This document shows, piece by piece, positions 14,647 through 29,109 of a stretch of DNA of 64,000 nt. Positions within the stretch are counted from its first letter, which is position 1; every line of letters begins with the position of its first letter. The notes under the pieces were generated by a model. That model searched no databases. It was given only the letters and a program-made list of their open reading frames with translations, and was not told the origin of the DNA. Origin of the DNA: Eledone cirrhosa (taxonomy: Eukaryota); the NCBI GenBank assembly GCA_964016885.1, contig OZ024742.1, forward strand, positions 257,920,001 to 257,984,000, written 5' to 3'. The position numbers were made by a program, and so were the translations under genes.

Positions 14647-16349
14647 TATAAATATAGATACTAGGGCAACACAGGTATTAGAAAATAAGAAAATGAATTT
14701 AATTTCTAGTTAACATTTGTTTTGTAATTCGAAACCTCATTATGATTCGAATAACAGTAACCAATATACTAAAATATTTCTATCCTTGTTGATGATGAAC
14801 GTACAAGAGAAACAGGACTTGTTGAACTCACGGAATCTCAACCAAAATAAAAGTACTCGACCCTTTTAATAGAAAATGGTATAGCAAATCAATTACTTAT
14901 AGGTGAACTATTTGTGATTGCGGAAAAGCAGTCTGTTCCGTTGATCAAACAATAGGAATATTTCGACGTCGGAATCGACGAAGATTTAACACGTGTGTGG
15001 ATCTTTGTGTATGTGTGTGTGTGGTTGTATGCATGTGTGTATGTGTGTGAGTATGTAAGTGGATGTGTGCAAGTCGATACCTCCGGAATCATCTGCTGCT
15101 TCTGTTCGTAATATCTGCTTATGTGTGACTAGTTGATATTAATTTAAATAAATCAATATTGTTCAAATTGTGAATGAATGGTGTGAAACGCACGATATTT
15201 AGTCACCAAGATCATTACAGCAAGTTTTAGAACGGCTGTTATGAAATATTTCAAGCTATAACCATGAATGAACACTTCGCTAACATTTGTGCTAATGTAA
15301 TTGATAGTTGCAATGTTCATTTGTTAACTAAATTGATTTGTGGCCTATGTGAAAGGAATGGAAGTCTTGGCAACGAACTTTTCCTGCTTGCTTCATCTAT
15401 GTTAAATGTGACTGTTGTTTGAACTGTACAGGAAGTTGTATGCTATAACATTAAATAACTTTTACTTGTTGTTTCAACTATGTTGAATGTGACAATCTTG
15501 TGCTGAGCTTGAAGTAGTATACAATGATATTATATAACTTTCGCTATAAACATTTGAAATATATTATTTTGCAATCAATACGTGTAAGAGAAATCTTAAA
15601 ATGAAGGAAATCTGTAAGTGAAAAGCCAGTCTATTAAATTAATATGCACGGAAGCCTATGTACCAAATTACAATCTCTTTTATTTCCTCTAAATATGGTC
15701 AGCTTAACATTAATACTGAGGGAGATGTCATTCAACATAACTGAAAAATTAATTACACAAACAACTTTTATAATGCTGCGTAAGTAAATATTAATGAATG
15801 CTAGTATCAACGAATACCAAACCAACGTCATGTCTGAGAGAAAAGGCATACCAAGTGAAGTTTGTAACTAGAATATTCAGGAAAAAGTTTAAAGATTCAT
15901 AGATAAATCAAATATTTCAACCAGTTTTGTAGAATGCTGTTTGCCATGTTTTTGAAAATTACTCTTTGGGGATGTAATTGCAATAGACTTATCACAAGGG
16001 CACATACTAAATCACTTACCAAGGAACTTCAGTGAATGCATCAGTGACAAAGCTACAAACAATGCGGCACAAAATCTAGAGTAAGTTTGGAAATTAAGAT
16101 AAATATAATGGATTGTATTGATGTTATATGTTTTTTTAACAGCTGCAAATATTCTTCCATGGTTTTATTTTCATTTTGAACACCTGTTACCTCATCAAGT
16201 TATTTGCCAATGAAATTCTAGATAACTATCTCCATGACAATGCCGCGAAATGTGTGATGATACTTATTTTGTTATAAATTAGTTTGAAATAAATAATGAA
16301 TGTATAGTGAATGTAATGTGTTTCTATATGCGTAGGATAATTAACATTA

Positions 16350-16960
16350 CGATACAATTGCTTTAGTTTCAAAACACAGCCTCAGATCATCATATTTGCA
16401 ACTGGGGCTAATAACGTTCTTCCATGAAGTAATCGCTTTAGATTTGATACAGAGCTTCAGACAATATTACATGGCACGCAAGTGAAACTGTGAGTAACAT
16501 GATTCTTCTATGATCGCAGATCAAATTACTTGCCAGATACGTGTAACACTGGGTAAACGTATTATTTTACGATCTAATTGTTTCGGGTCTAAGAACAAGT
16601 TACTTGCCAATCAATTGCAATTGTTTCTAAAAGATTCATACGTGGCGTAATAGCTCTCGTTTAAAACACAGTCACAGATCCAGTTACATGCGAGGCAAGT
16701 GTAACTAGGGCTAAAAGTATGTATAAGTGATCATATTGCTTTAGTTTCTGCACAGTGTCTCGGATCATCTAATTTACCAATCATCTGTAATTGTGGCCAA
16801 GATGATTCCTCTATGATGTAATTACTTTAGTTTCGAAATGCAGTGTCAGATAAGGTCTTTTGCAACAAATGTACAACTCTAGTTAAGAGGATCCTTCCAC
16901 GATGTAATTGCTTTAGTTTCAAAACAAGGTTCCCTATGCAACTACAATGCTATCCAAGTG
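16350..16960. repeat. Old diverged tandem array of about 86-bp units (7-8 units)
   Basis: Motif aattgctttagtttc-like at 16356, 16431, 16576, 16649, 16734, 16820 and 16906 (spacings 85, 86, 86 in the best part). Confidence 0.7.
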
Positions 16961-17674
16961 CAATTCAAAAATTACAGGTGGCATGCAAGGTATGACAGGA
17001 ATTTCAATCTGAATTTAAACGATACGTCATATGGATGTCGTCACTATAGGATACTTTGAAGTGCTTTTCATTAATTTTCTTTATTGTAATTTGATGGACA
17101 ATTTGAACAAACTCTTACTTTGAGTTATGAAATGAATATAGTTTTGATAAAACAACTGTCACGTATATTTTGGTTTGATATAGTGGAATATTGATTACCG
17201 TTATAAATTTGTTTACCTGAATAGGAGAAGAGCAATAACATTTTATAGTTGATATTAGTTAATTGCGTGAAACATATATGAATTAATATGTAGCAACCTT
17301 TGAATTGTAGATTTAGAAAACAACATGATAGAACAAGGTGACCATTTAACAAAGAGAAACAGAAATTTTGACGTAAACAAATTACTGTAAAACAAATTAT
17401 TGTAAAAATTCGAAGAAATATTTTTTATTTTTTATTTGAAACATTAATTATGCACAAAATGTACTTTTGTTATGCAAAAGAGGTGTTTATTTATAAATCA
17501 TAATTACTTAATTAATTTCGCAAATTAATGAAGATGTGGTTTTGCAGTTATTGGAAGAATAAATAATGAAAATAAGATGAGGAATCCTGCAAGCGAATCC
17601 GGCGAATGAATGACTTAACAGGAAATGTTTAATACTGTATATGTATCTATGTATGTGTATATAACATATGTATG

Positions 17675-17718
<44 letters not shown>

Positions 17719-17831
17719 CGTGTGTATTCATAAATATATATATATAGAGAGAGAGAGATAGAGTGAGAGAGAAAGAGAAAAAGAGAGAGAAAGAGAAAAA
17801 GAGAGAGACAATGCATATATATGTGTGCATA

Positions 17832-17871
<40 letters not shown>

Positions 17872-18469
17872 TATGCACACATATATATATATTATATATG
17901 TACAGAATTTAGTGTACGCCATAGATTATTTTAGACATATTGCATGGAATAATGTTTCCAGCAAATGTTGAAGATAATTAAATCCAATTTTAACATGGAA
18001 ACCAACAACGTTCATATTACTGTTTCTATTTTACACCGTAACCTACCAAAGTAAATATACGCACAGTTATATACATATATATATATATCATATATATGTG
18101 AGTGTGTGTGTGCGTGTGTACTTTGTGTATTTATCGACCAATTCTAGTGTACGTGGAATATAGCACACTATGAATTATACATGTAGGTCTGTGTACTCTG
18201 GAGTGTTGGAATAACAATGAAGTAGAAGCCAGCAGCTTACAAATTACCTCATTTTATTGATTGTATAATCCTTGTAATGCGTTTTGATTGTAGCAGTTAT
18301 GTAAGTGCTGCGACCATATCCAACAGATATTATATGTACAGAAATTTACATGAATAAAAATGAAAAGATTTAAAATTACACATGCAGTTGCCATTCAGGG
18401 TTACGCCTCGGGCTTTTTATTAATGTTGTTTCCTCAAAGACCTCCTAACATACCCATATAAATATGTAT

Positions 18470-19040
18470 ATATATAAAACATGAGAAGATATGATAAAAA
18501 TTGTCCTTCGTCAGTGATTTTCCAACCTTCATTGGTATTTCATCGCTTTAAAAATCATATACCTCCGGTTGGTGCGAGCAATAGATAAATAAAGCTATTG
18601 GGACAAGTAAATCGCGAAAAGCGAGCCAGAAAGTAAACAACAGGAAAGGATAGCAACGCAAAGATAGGAAAAAACAAGCAGCATGGGAATCCGGTCAGCT
18701 TTAGCTGGGTGGATTTCATGAGCGAGAGGAATATACAGACCGTCCGATGTGAGTGAGATGTGAGCAAGAAGAGAACCCACTACAGGCCAAACGGGAGGAA
18801 GTGAGAAGGAGAGAAACATAGAGTGAGTGAGTGGAAGTGCGAGGAAGAGGCCAGTCGAGAGAAAGTGTAATTGACAGAGGGGGCGAAAGAAGGTGAGAGA
18901 AACAAAGAGAGCGGGGAAGCAGTAAGAGAGAAACAGACAAACGCAGCTGAGGAAAATATATATAAAAAACATGAGAAGAAAGAATACTGCGTGGTTGTAC
19001 ATGGGTTACATATGATAAAAATAGTCTTTCGTCAGTGATA
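18470..19040 (-). mobile_element. Non-coding repeat of about 520-nt unit (1.1-mer); same family as 29108-30180 and 45984-46465
   Basis: tcgtcagtga recurs 521 nt apart (18508 and 19029); shares gctcgcaccaacc..ggtata..ggttgg..tcactgacgaaggac..catatgtaacccatgt-caaccacgcag with the other copies. Confidence 0.8.
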
Positions 19041-19053
19041 TATATATTATTAT

Positions 19054-20418
<1,365 letters not shown>

Positions 20419-20534
20419 ATATATATATATATGTGGGTATGTTAAGAGGTCTTTGAGGAAACAACATTAATAAAAAGCCCGAGGCGTTACCCTGAATGGC
20501 AACTGCATGTGTAATTTTAAATCATGTAAATTTC

Positions 20535-20608
<74 letters not shown>

Positions 20609-20619
20609 AATATATATAT

Positions 20620-20990
20620 AATTGGTGTTGGATGCTTAGAGCGTCCGTATGCGGTAGGCCGTTTGAACACTCGATGCTCTCATAGTATGATATCACAGAA
20701 AAAAAGAGAATCAGTGTTGCGACGAATTGAATATATTGGACATATTACAATCGTTTCTGTGGTGACCAGCTCCAGGCACGATCGATGTATTGATTGAACC
20801 TGACTCTGAAAATCGCATGGTCCTCAGATACCACTTGATTCTACGAAGCAAATTTTCCTAATCTCCTTTTACAACGATATCCTTCGCCTGTCGGCTTAAA
20901 TCCTGTTGTTGTTATTCTATGAGTGGTCAAGAATCTTACACGTCATCGATATTTCTAGCCACTCATGGTTGTCCACTATTTGGTTCTTTT
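20620..20990 (-). repeat. Non-coding repeat family (also about 32630-33040 + and 45715-45930)
   Basis: Shared gatcgtg-ct-gagctg...GAAAc-attgtaa...cactgatt and ggcgg-tgag-actctatg-tcttacagagcagag segments. Confidence 0.6.
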
Positions 20991-22606
20991 CAATCTCAAT
21001 CTGTCAATTAATTTTGTTTCTTAGATCGGAATTACAACTGTAGTTGGTAAGGGGTTGTATGCATGAACCGCTGGCTGCCCTTCAACACACCCGCAACTGT
21101 ACTGTATGCGACAATCACCCTAAATAATGCTTGGAGGGAATTTTTAAAACAAATTAGAAAAATATTTAGCATAACGTTTTAAGAACACAGCCTCAGAATA
21201 CCTTAAAACATATATATTTAAAAAAGAAAAAAAACTCTACAAAGAACGTTTTTAAATGAATGCTTGGAACAGCCGCGAAGGTATTTTTGATAAATATACA
21301 CTCACACACTGTAGTAAGGGAAGCGCGTATATTTAAGACGCTGCACATATATACACAGGTGAAAAAAAGAAAGATCTACACATAGGCATTGATACCCTCA
21401 CAGAGACATGTTCATACATCCACCCAGACATGTGTACACACCGGCGCCTGCATATTTGCGTGGACGCACATGCATGCATGTATCCGCGTATGTTCATACC
21501 GAGGGCGCATACTTGATGAATACCCTCCCATCCGTACACACAAGCGCAGCTGTGCACATGGTGCGCATAGTATTATATGGGACTACGTTATTGAGGCTTG
21601 GACCCAACCCGATCATGTGGCGTTATAAGCCCGAAAGTGCATGCACAATATGCACAAATGTTAGGGCGCATAGTATCCTTGCATTAATCACATATAACTT
21701 GAATGGCACATATATATAAAAAATGCTTGTACGTACATAAAATAAAATAATATAAAATAATATAATACAATATAAAATAAAATAAAATAAAATGCTGGAA
21801 AAAGCAATGTATACATGACAGGGATGAGGGAGGAGGGGTCCGGACATTATTGGGGTGTGCGTAAAGTTGCATAAAATACTTGAGGGTTGTGGTGCATATG
21901 GTTATATAATATACACGGAGACTGGTGATCTAAGGGACTGGGTAAGAGTCTGCACATGATGCACGTCTCATGGCTGGTGGACACATTGGGACCTTGCGTG
22001 CGTACACAAACAAGTTATATATATTGTGGAAGTATATAACATGAGATGTACATGGAGTGGATGTATACATGGAATATATAGGGTATGTGTTTCATAACAG
22101 TATATATGAAATGTACGTGGAATGTATGCATGATTGGAATGTGCCAGAGGCTTGTGTTGTAGGCGTGTATATATCAACGGCAGGTAAAGTTGAAATTAAC
22201 TGCGACATTAATCTTAAGACCAGCATCAGATCCGGGATCTATGTAGCAAACTAAACACCACGAATCGAAGATCGAAAATCAAAATTTGGAAATTAAACAA
22301 TTTAGAAATGTAAAATCACATATAGGTTTGTAGACCAAATCTTATTTATATTGAGTCAGCTTCCGCAAATTGGTGTGGTGGTGCTATCCAAGGTACGTTA
22401 CGAGGTAGGCATCGCTGGGTCTGTCGTTGATATCAAGATCCCTAACAATTTATTATCCATATATGCCATCCCTTAACTGGCCCTAAATATGGACATGGAG
22501 AAGACGGATATTTTCAAGCTAAAGCCGTCAAAATAAACAGTCAGCAAACAATATCCAAACATTTTACCTATGCCAACCGACTAGAACACACACATATATA
22601 TATATA

Positions 22607-22840
22607 TGTGTGTGACGAAAGAACTTTGACAATATATGAATAATCGTCTGGTTGTGGAACCAACCAACCAACCGGAAATTTATAAATTCCTAAATTTATA
22701 AATTTAATTTATAATAAATTGAAATGAAACCGTCTGGTGCGTGTGTTTCTTATTGGCAACATGACCCTCCCAAAGTATAACAATATCGGTTTCAACACAC
22801 GTTTTCAGATAAAGAATATTGCTAAACAAATTCAGAAACG

Positions 22841-22843
<3 letters not shown>
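22607..22843 (+). mobile_element. Solo 5'-truncated pLTR of the 9050-11553 PLE
   Basis: Nearly identical to 11379-11553 plus the extension seen at 7160-7222; (TA)n on both sides; starts within HHR stem II. Confidence 0.85.
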
Positions 22844-22886
<43 letters not shown>

Positions 22887-23097
22887 GATAACAAGTTATC
22901 CTTTTAGGTAATCCAGTTAGAGGTTGTGAGTACTCTGTAATGTGGATAATTTTAACGTACGGCATTGTTTGACTCAAAAAGAAGTCTCGTTAGTTAGGTA
23001 GCGCGTTTGCGAGAATCCCATGCAGGTCATTCTTGGAGTAATAATAGTGAAAGAGTGAAGATTAACATGGTCGGCTGTACAAAAAGGGTTTTATTTA

Positions 23098-23205
23098 CAG
23101 TATTAACAATTGTTTCTTTGATAAGGTGAGTCTAAAGGCAGCTAGAAGTTGCGTCACTCGACCTTAAATACAGTGTGTGTCTCTGATCAAATCATCGGAA
23201 TACTG
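23098..23205 (-). ncRNA. Type I hammerhead motif with CCGAUGA core and long stem II
   Basis: cagtatt CCGATGA tttgat...(63 nt)...atcaaa GAAA caattg TT aatactg: perfect 7-bp stem I, 6-bp stem II base, palindromic ACAAUUGU. Confidence 0.7.
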
Positions 23206-23356
23206 GAGAGTATTGGTATTTATAGATACACGGAGAATCAAGTGAATGAAAACAATAACATCAATAATAAAAGATAATAATAAAGGAGTAAAAATGAAAA
23301 TGATAAAGATGTAAAAAATAAGTAGAAAATAAGTACAAAATACGGTTACTAATAAT

Positions 23357-23543
23357 AATTGTTTCTACTTTTGGCACAAGGCCAGCAATTACCCAGTACA
23401 TTACTAGTACTTTATTTTATCGACCCCGTAAGGATGAAAGGCAAAGTTAACCTCGGCGGGATTTGAACCCAGAATGGCAAGGGCCGTAACTCTATACGTC
23501 AAAGCATGGCGTCCGACCCTCTACCGATACTGCCAATCCACCG
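23357..23543 (-). mobile_element. tRNA-derived SINE, full length
   Basis: Reverse complement of A box, B box, core and tail. Confidence 0.88.
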
Positions 23544-24695
23544 TGGTGGTAGTTGAAGTTATACTGGTGAGTAAGTGGATGTGTAAAATAGTGATGATAG
23601 TAAAGATAACAACATGAAAAGAAATACAAATTACATGATAAGTAGCATATAGAGCTTCTAAATTGGCGAAATAAAGATGCAAGAGGTACAATGAAATACC
23701 AGAGGATTAAAATAAGAAATAAAAAAATAAAAAGTAGGAGAGAAAGAGATAAAGAACAGGAGACAGAAAATACGAATGAGGATGAGACATAAAGAGTAGG
23801 TCTAAGGACGGGGAAGCAGTAGATAGATAGAGAATAAGAAGTGAAAGGGGCAGTGATGATATATGGGTGATTAGGTTCTGGTAGACGGATTGTTTTATTT
23901 TAATGGAGATGGGTAGGAAAATTGAAATACCTGAAATGATGAATCTGTTTCTACGAATCCGTTTTGCTGGCGGTGATCCGAGCGGAACCACCATAAGCAG
24001 ATATTAGGTAATGTTATTATGCATTCGTAATTTGGCGGGGAACCGTGTCGTTCGCCTCCCTGTAATGGAAAGTTCTGTATGGCGTGCTAGTAGATCATGT
24101 TGCTAGATACAAGTGTATGTAATATTAGTAATTCTCAACTTTTTAGTGACTTGTGACGTGACATTAAAGTAAATATAATCAAGCCTGACCATTTACAACA
24201 TACGTTGGCATTGATTTGAATTGAAAAATATGACAATGCAAGAAGCATTCGCTCATGGTGCTTTCATACAGAAAAGAAAGACACGGTAGCATATAAATGG
24301 AACTACAATAATCAAAGTGAGAAAGTCCAACTTATGATTTAAATGGAGTTCAGTCCATTGGGAGTTAAAATTAATAAAAGACGAAGTTTATCAAATAGAA
24401 TCCATAGTTTCCTCACTCACTCAGAAATATAATTAAGTCCGTGTTATTAAAATTCAAACCAAAATGATTAGAGAGTACACATATGCTAATCAGCGAGGAT
24501 GACGGCTTCATTGGGTAGGGAGATTGAGATTCCTGCACCGATGCACCTGTTCTTACGATTCACTTTTGCTGGCGGCGGTCCGAGCGGAACCACCATGTTC
24601 ATAAATTAGGTAATGTTATTATACATTATGTATAATATAATATATACGTTATAATATATACATTATTAATATAATATATACATTATATATATATA

Positions 24696-24884
24696 ATTGT
24701 TTCTACTTTAGGCACAAGGCCAGCAAATAACCAGTACATTACTGGTACTTTATTTTATCGACCCCGTAAGGATGAAAGGCAAAGTTAACCGCGGCGGGAT
24801 TTGAACTCAGATCATAAAGGGAGGTAACTCTATGCTTCAAAGCATGGCGTCCGACTCTCTACCGATACTGCCAATCTACCGCCC
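24696..24884 (-). mobile_element. tRNA-derived SINE, full length
   Basis: As above; head-to-head with the copy at 24938. Confidence 0.88.
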
Positions 24885-24937
24885 TTATATATATATAATA
24901 TTATACATTATGTATAATATAATATAACATTATATAA

Positions 24938-25130
24938 GGGCGGTGAATTGGCAATATCGGTAGAGGGTTGGGCGCCATGCTTTGCAGCACAGTTAGGTTC
25001 TTTTACGGACTGAGTTCAAATCCCGCCGAGGTTAACTTTGCCTTTCATCCTTACGGGGTCAAAAAAAAAATGTACCAGTAATACACTCGGATAATTGCTG
25101 GCCTTGTGCCAAAAGTAGAAACAGTTATTA
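24938..25130 (+). mobile_element. tRNA-derived SINE, full length
   Basis: ggcggtgaattggcaatatcggtagag...gagttcaaatcc... Confidence 0.88.
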
Positions 25131-25251
25131 TACATTATGTACCTTGTGTGTATGTATGTCTGCGTGTCTGTGTGTCTGGCTGTGTGTGTGTGGGTGTGAG
25201 TTGGTGTGTTTAAGTGAAAGAGAGAGAGAGAGCATTATATTTAGTAATCGT

Positions 25252-25442
25252 GGCGGTGGATTGGCAGTATCGGTAGAGGGTCAGACGCCCTGTTTGCAGC
25301 ATAGAGTTACACCTCTTTACGGTCTGAGTTCAAATCCCGCCGAGGATAACTTTGCCTTTCATCCTTACAGGGTTGATAAAATAAAGTACCAGTAATGTAC
25401 TGGAGTAATTGCAAGCCTTGTGCCAAAAGTAGAAACAAGTAT
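25252..25442 (+). mobile_element. tRNA-derived SINE, full length
   Basis: ggcggtggattggcagtatcggtagag...gagttcaaatcc... Confidence 0.88.
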
Positions 25443-25877
25443 ATTTAGTAATCATTTTCACGCCTTAAACTCGCATGAAAATTTACCAAATATTTTTTTT
25501 TCTCATTTTATTCATTAGTTAAAAAGATGCAATAATCCAATACTTTCAAATCTAATAGATATTCCTGTTATGTTCTGGATGCTAACACACCATGTAGCAA
25601 GCAGAGACTGTTTCAAATATAAAATAGAAAGCGAAGAGATTAGTGTCTTCATTTCGTAGGTGACTATACATTATCAAAATGAGGCAGGTGTTGGGAAGAC
25701 AGAAAGATTATTTTATTGGAATTTAAATTACACAACTATGGGAAATATTTGAGAGTTTGTGTGTCGCTTAGCATTAGAAACACTCATCTCATACTGCATA
25801 TAAGATGACGCCATGTTATTATAGTTGAGATTTGACGATGATTAATATTCATAGAATATTGCACATGTATGTCTAAG

Positions 25878-26886
25878 TATGTATGTATGTTCTGCTGGTT
25901 TTATAATTTTACAAATGTTTACCAATAGAGAGAGAGAGTCGGTTTCTAATATGGACACAAGACTCTCTCATTGGAATTTACACATCAACTAGGTACATTA
26001 TGTATGCATGCCTGCATGCATGCATGTGTAGATATGTATGTTATTTTATGTGTGGATGTATATTTTTTGAGTTGTATGTGTGCATGCAGTTATTAGAAGC
26101 AACATTTTTGGAAGGTTTTACATATTTTTACTGTTCCATTAATGGATTCTACTTTTAATTTCCTAACTAGTTGTGTTGTTACTGTTCCTCTGAAGCCTAG
26201 CTTCTCAAAATTTGTATTGAGGGGGTTACTAACATATCCCAATGCCCCAATAATCACAGGCAGAAATCTGAAGGTGTAATCAGGGTGGAGTTTCTGCAGA
26301 TTTCTCATCAGTACTGCATAAATATTTTCCTTTTCGCTAATCTCTGATATTATATTGGCATCTGCTGGGCAGCTAACTTCCACTACTGTGCATGCTTTCT
26401 TTTCCCTGTTCCATATCATAATATCTGGTCTGTTATGCCTGCATTTTATTGGGGTTTTTACAGGAACATTCCACCAGTACTCTGTCATACTATGTATATG
26501 TATGTCTTCCACATTGTTGTAGCTTTTAATGTGTTTATTATCGGGTCTATCTTTTCTACGGATTGCATTGTGCAGTGTTTTTGCCACTACATCATGCCTC
26601 ATAGGTAGATAGTACCGCAATGACATCGTTGGACAGCTGCTGATGACATAGGTGACAATTCGATGTTAATTCTGCAGAGTCTGAACTTGTTATCACATCT
26701 AGGTGATTTGACTGCAACTCCATCTGTTTTGTGAATAAGGTATTTCGAGTTAATTTCCTTTTCTTGGATTGCAAAAGCGTATCCTTCAAAGTGGGAGCCA
26801 ATATAGCGGTTGTTGGTCCAAGATAGACTGCTTTCCTTATCTATATTACTCTCACTCTGGAGCTTCCTGGCAACATATCCATGACA
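25878..26886 (-). mobile_element. R4/Dong-type (restriction-like endonuclease) non-LTR retrotransposon, 3' fragment with 3' UTR
   Basis: EGYAFAIQEKEINSKY...FRLCR (CCHC remnant), then YLPMRHDVVAK...WWNVPV...HNRPDIMIW...VVEVSCP...EK..IY...PVIIGALG (RHD and PD..E..K motifs; ORF 26093-26626). Flanked on both sides by (TATG)n-like repeats. Confidence 0.85.
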
Positions 26887-27261
26887 GGTATGGTGTGTAT
26901 GTATGTGTGTATGTGTGTATGTCTGTATTATATACATCTACGGTTCTTATATATTTGATATATATTTATCCTTATCAAGCCCTCTTTGGATTTTAGTCTT
27001 GAAATTTATTATTAATACTATATATATATATATATATTTAAAAGAATAGAGGTGTAACACACAAGTTATGATATATTGGCAAACGGAAAAGAAAATGCTG
27101 ACAAATTGTTCACAGTGAAAAATAGTTTAATTAGCAATAAGTGAGAATTAGTAATAGTATTTACTAGTATTCAGTTTTGGTTTTAAGTTTAACCGATTGC
27201 GCACTTCTAATGCTTTTCAAAAATAATTTTGAGATAGAGCGTCCGTGATGTTTCTGAGCAA

Positions 27262-28830
27262 GAAAGGAATAGGACCCAAGACGGTGAATCAGACTTTGTT
27301 CAGTCCTGGTGCGCGAGGACTGTGATCCATGATGTAAAAGGACACTCAGGGTTGAAACATGTAGGGAACAATGACCAGGAGAACAGAAATGACGGACGTC
27401 ACGATTATCCAAACCAAGTCGTATGTCCCTAAAATGTTCGGCAAAATGGTCCGCCATACGGCGTCCCGTTTGTCAGATATATAAAGACCCGCAAAGGGAA
27501 CACCGGAGGGCATAGACAACGTGGGTGGATTTGAAAGTGAAGGAATGGCGGGGACCCGTAAGGGTCTGTAAGAGTGGTGAGGGTGGAAATATAGGGACAA
27601 TGTTGCAGCGGGAACGGGAACAAGGATGAGAGCCGGTTGGAGTCGTGGGAGAGGACGAAAAAGAACTCCGAACCAGGACGTCGTGGAGGTTTCGGGCGCG
27701 CGTAAAATTAGTAATGGTGGGTTTGGAAAAAAGCGAGAAGTGACGGGTCAGAAGAGAGGTTACGGAAAGAACGGACGATATGTCGCTGGAGTGGTAGGGT
27801 GTTGGGAGGGCGGGGTGAGGTGAGAGGGCTGTGGTGCGATCTGAAAGATGGGGGTGATATCTTCGCTGGATGAAGCAGGAAGCCATGCGAAGGGAATGGT
27901 TTTCGAAATCGTCGTCCTGGCTACCGAGTCGACGAAGACTGAGGAATTAGGAATAGGCTATTGACAGGTTTTGTATGTGTTGGATGGGAGGAGGTGAAAT
28001 CGAGATAATATTGGGAGTCTGTTGCTTTAATGTAGATGGAAGTAGAGAGGGTGTGATGAGAATGATTAAGAGATAGATAGATATATAGAAAAGCGACAGA
28101 GGAATCGGAGACAGAGGCGGTGAAATTGAGAGCAGGATGGAAAGATTGCACAAAAGAAAGAAAACAGTCGAGCTGTTCTCGTGATAGAGAGATGGCGCCC
28201 ATACAGTCGTCGATATAACGACCGTATAGCTCAGGAGTCGGTCCAGCGTACTGGGAGAAGATCTGGGCTTCGACGTAGCCAACAAACAAGTTGGCATAGT
28301 TTGGACCCATTCTGGTTCCCATCGCTACCCCAGAGACCTGCTGGTAAAATTCACCCGAAAAACAAAATTCATTAAGGGTGAGAGCAAGCTCAGCCAGACG
28401 GAGAAGAGTGGTAGTGCCGGGGTAAGGGTAGGGCGTAAATGTAAAAAATGGTGGAGAGTGCGGAGGCTGTCATCATGAGGGATGCCAGTATAGAGAGAAG
28501 TGATGCCAGGGTAAAGAGAAGGCGGGAGGTACCAGGAGGGAAGAAGAAAGAGTTAAAAAGTCTAAAGGCATGATTTGTATCGTGGATGTGGGTTGGGAGA
28601 TTGCCCACCAACGGGTCGAGGATGGTGTCTAAATATTCAGAAATTATCTCGGTGGAGAAGTTGCAGGCAGAAACGATAGGACGGCCAGGATTATTTTGTT
28701 TGTGTATTTTTGGGAGGAAGTAGATGGTGGGTGTGTGAGGGGTCCGTACAATAAGGTTGGTGGCTGTGGTGATAGGTGAGAGGAGGAGATGAGCTCGTGG
28801 ATGATGGAGGGCACGAGTTGTTGGTAGCCA
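27262..28830 (-). mobile_element. Neptune-type PLE, decayed RT plus GIY-YIG
   Basis: MGTRMGPNYANLFVG...YGRYIDDC...SSHPTH; RARNLHDVLVRS...HPCSRSRCN...VVYALRCSLCGSLYI; ADHFAEH...EQSLIHRLG; multiple frameshifts. Confidence 0.88.
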
Positions 28831-29002
28831 GGATATATATATATATATTTACATACATATATAAATATGTACGTATGTGTTATATCGAACATTAATAATA
28901 ATGTTCGATTCGCTTGTAGACAAATGGCCTGGTTAAAGCTGTGCCGTGCCGATGACCCCGATGACCAATCGTCGTCCGTTTGTTCAACACTGGCATCGAG
29001 GA

Positions 29003-29045
29003 ACAGTCAACATATTGCTGGGTAATTACCCTTCATCACGACTGT
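29003..29045 (-). ncRNA. Degenerate hammerhead, homologue of 46958-47000
   Basis: acagtc GTGATGA agggta-at-taccca GCAA tatg TT gactgt; the flanks align with 46870-47030. Confidence 0.45.
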
Positions 29046-29070
29046 GTACTTCTCTGCCAATAACATTCTA

Positions 29071-29107
<37 letters not shown>

Positions 29108-29109
<2 letters not shown>

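Noticed and set aside
16350-16960. CRISPR array or C2H2 zinc-finger repeat
   Set aside because: Eukaryotic context with no cas genes; the whole unit is homologous (no unique spacers); the 85-86 nt period is not in frame and there is no HTGEKP or CxxC pattern.
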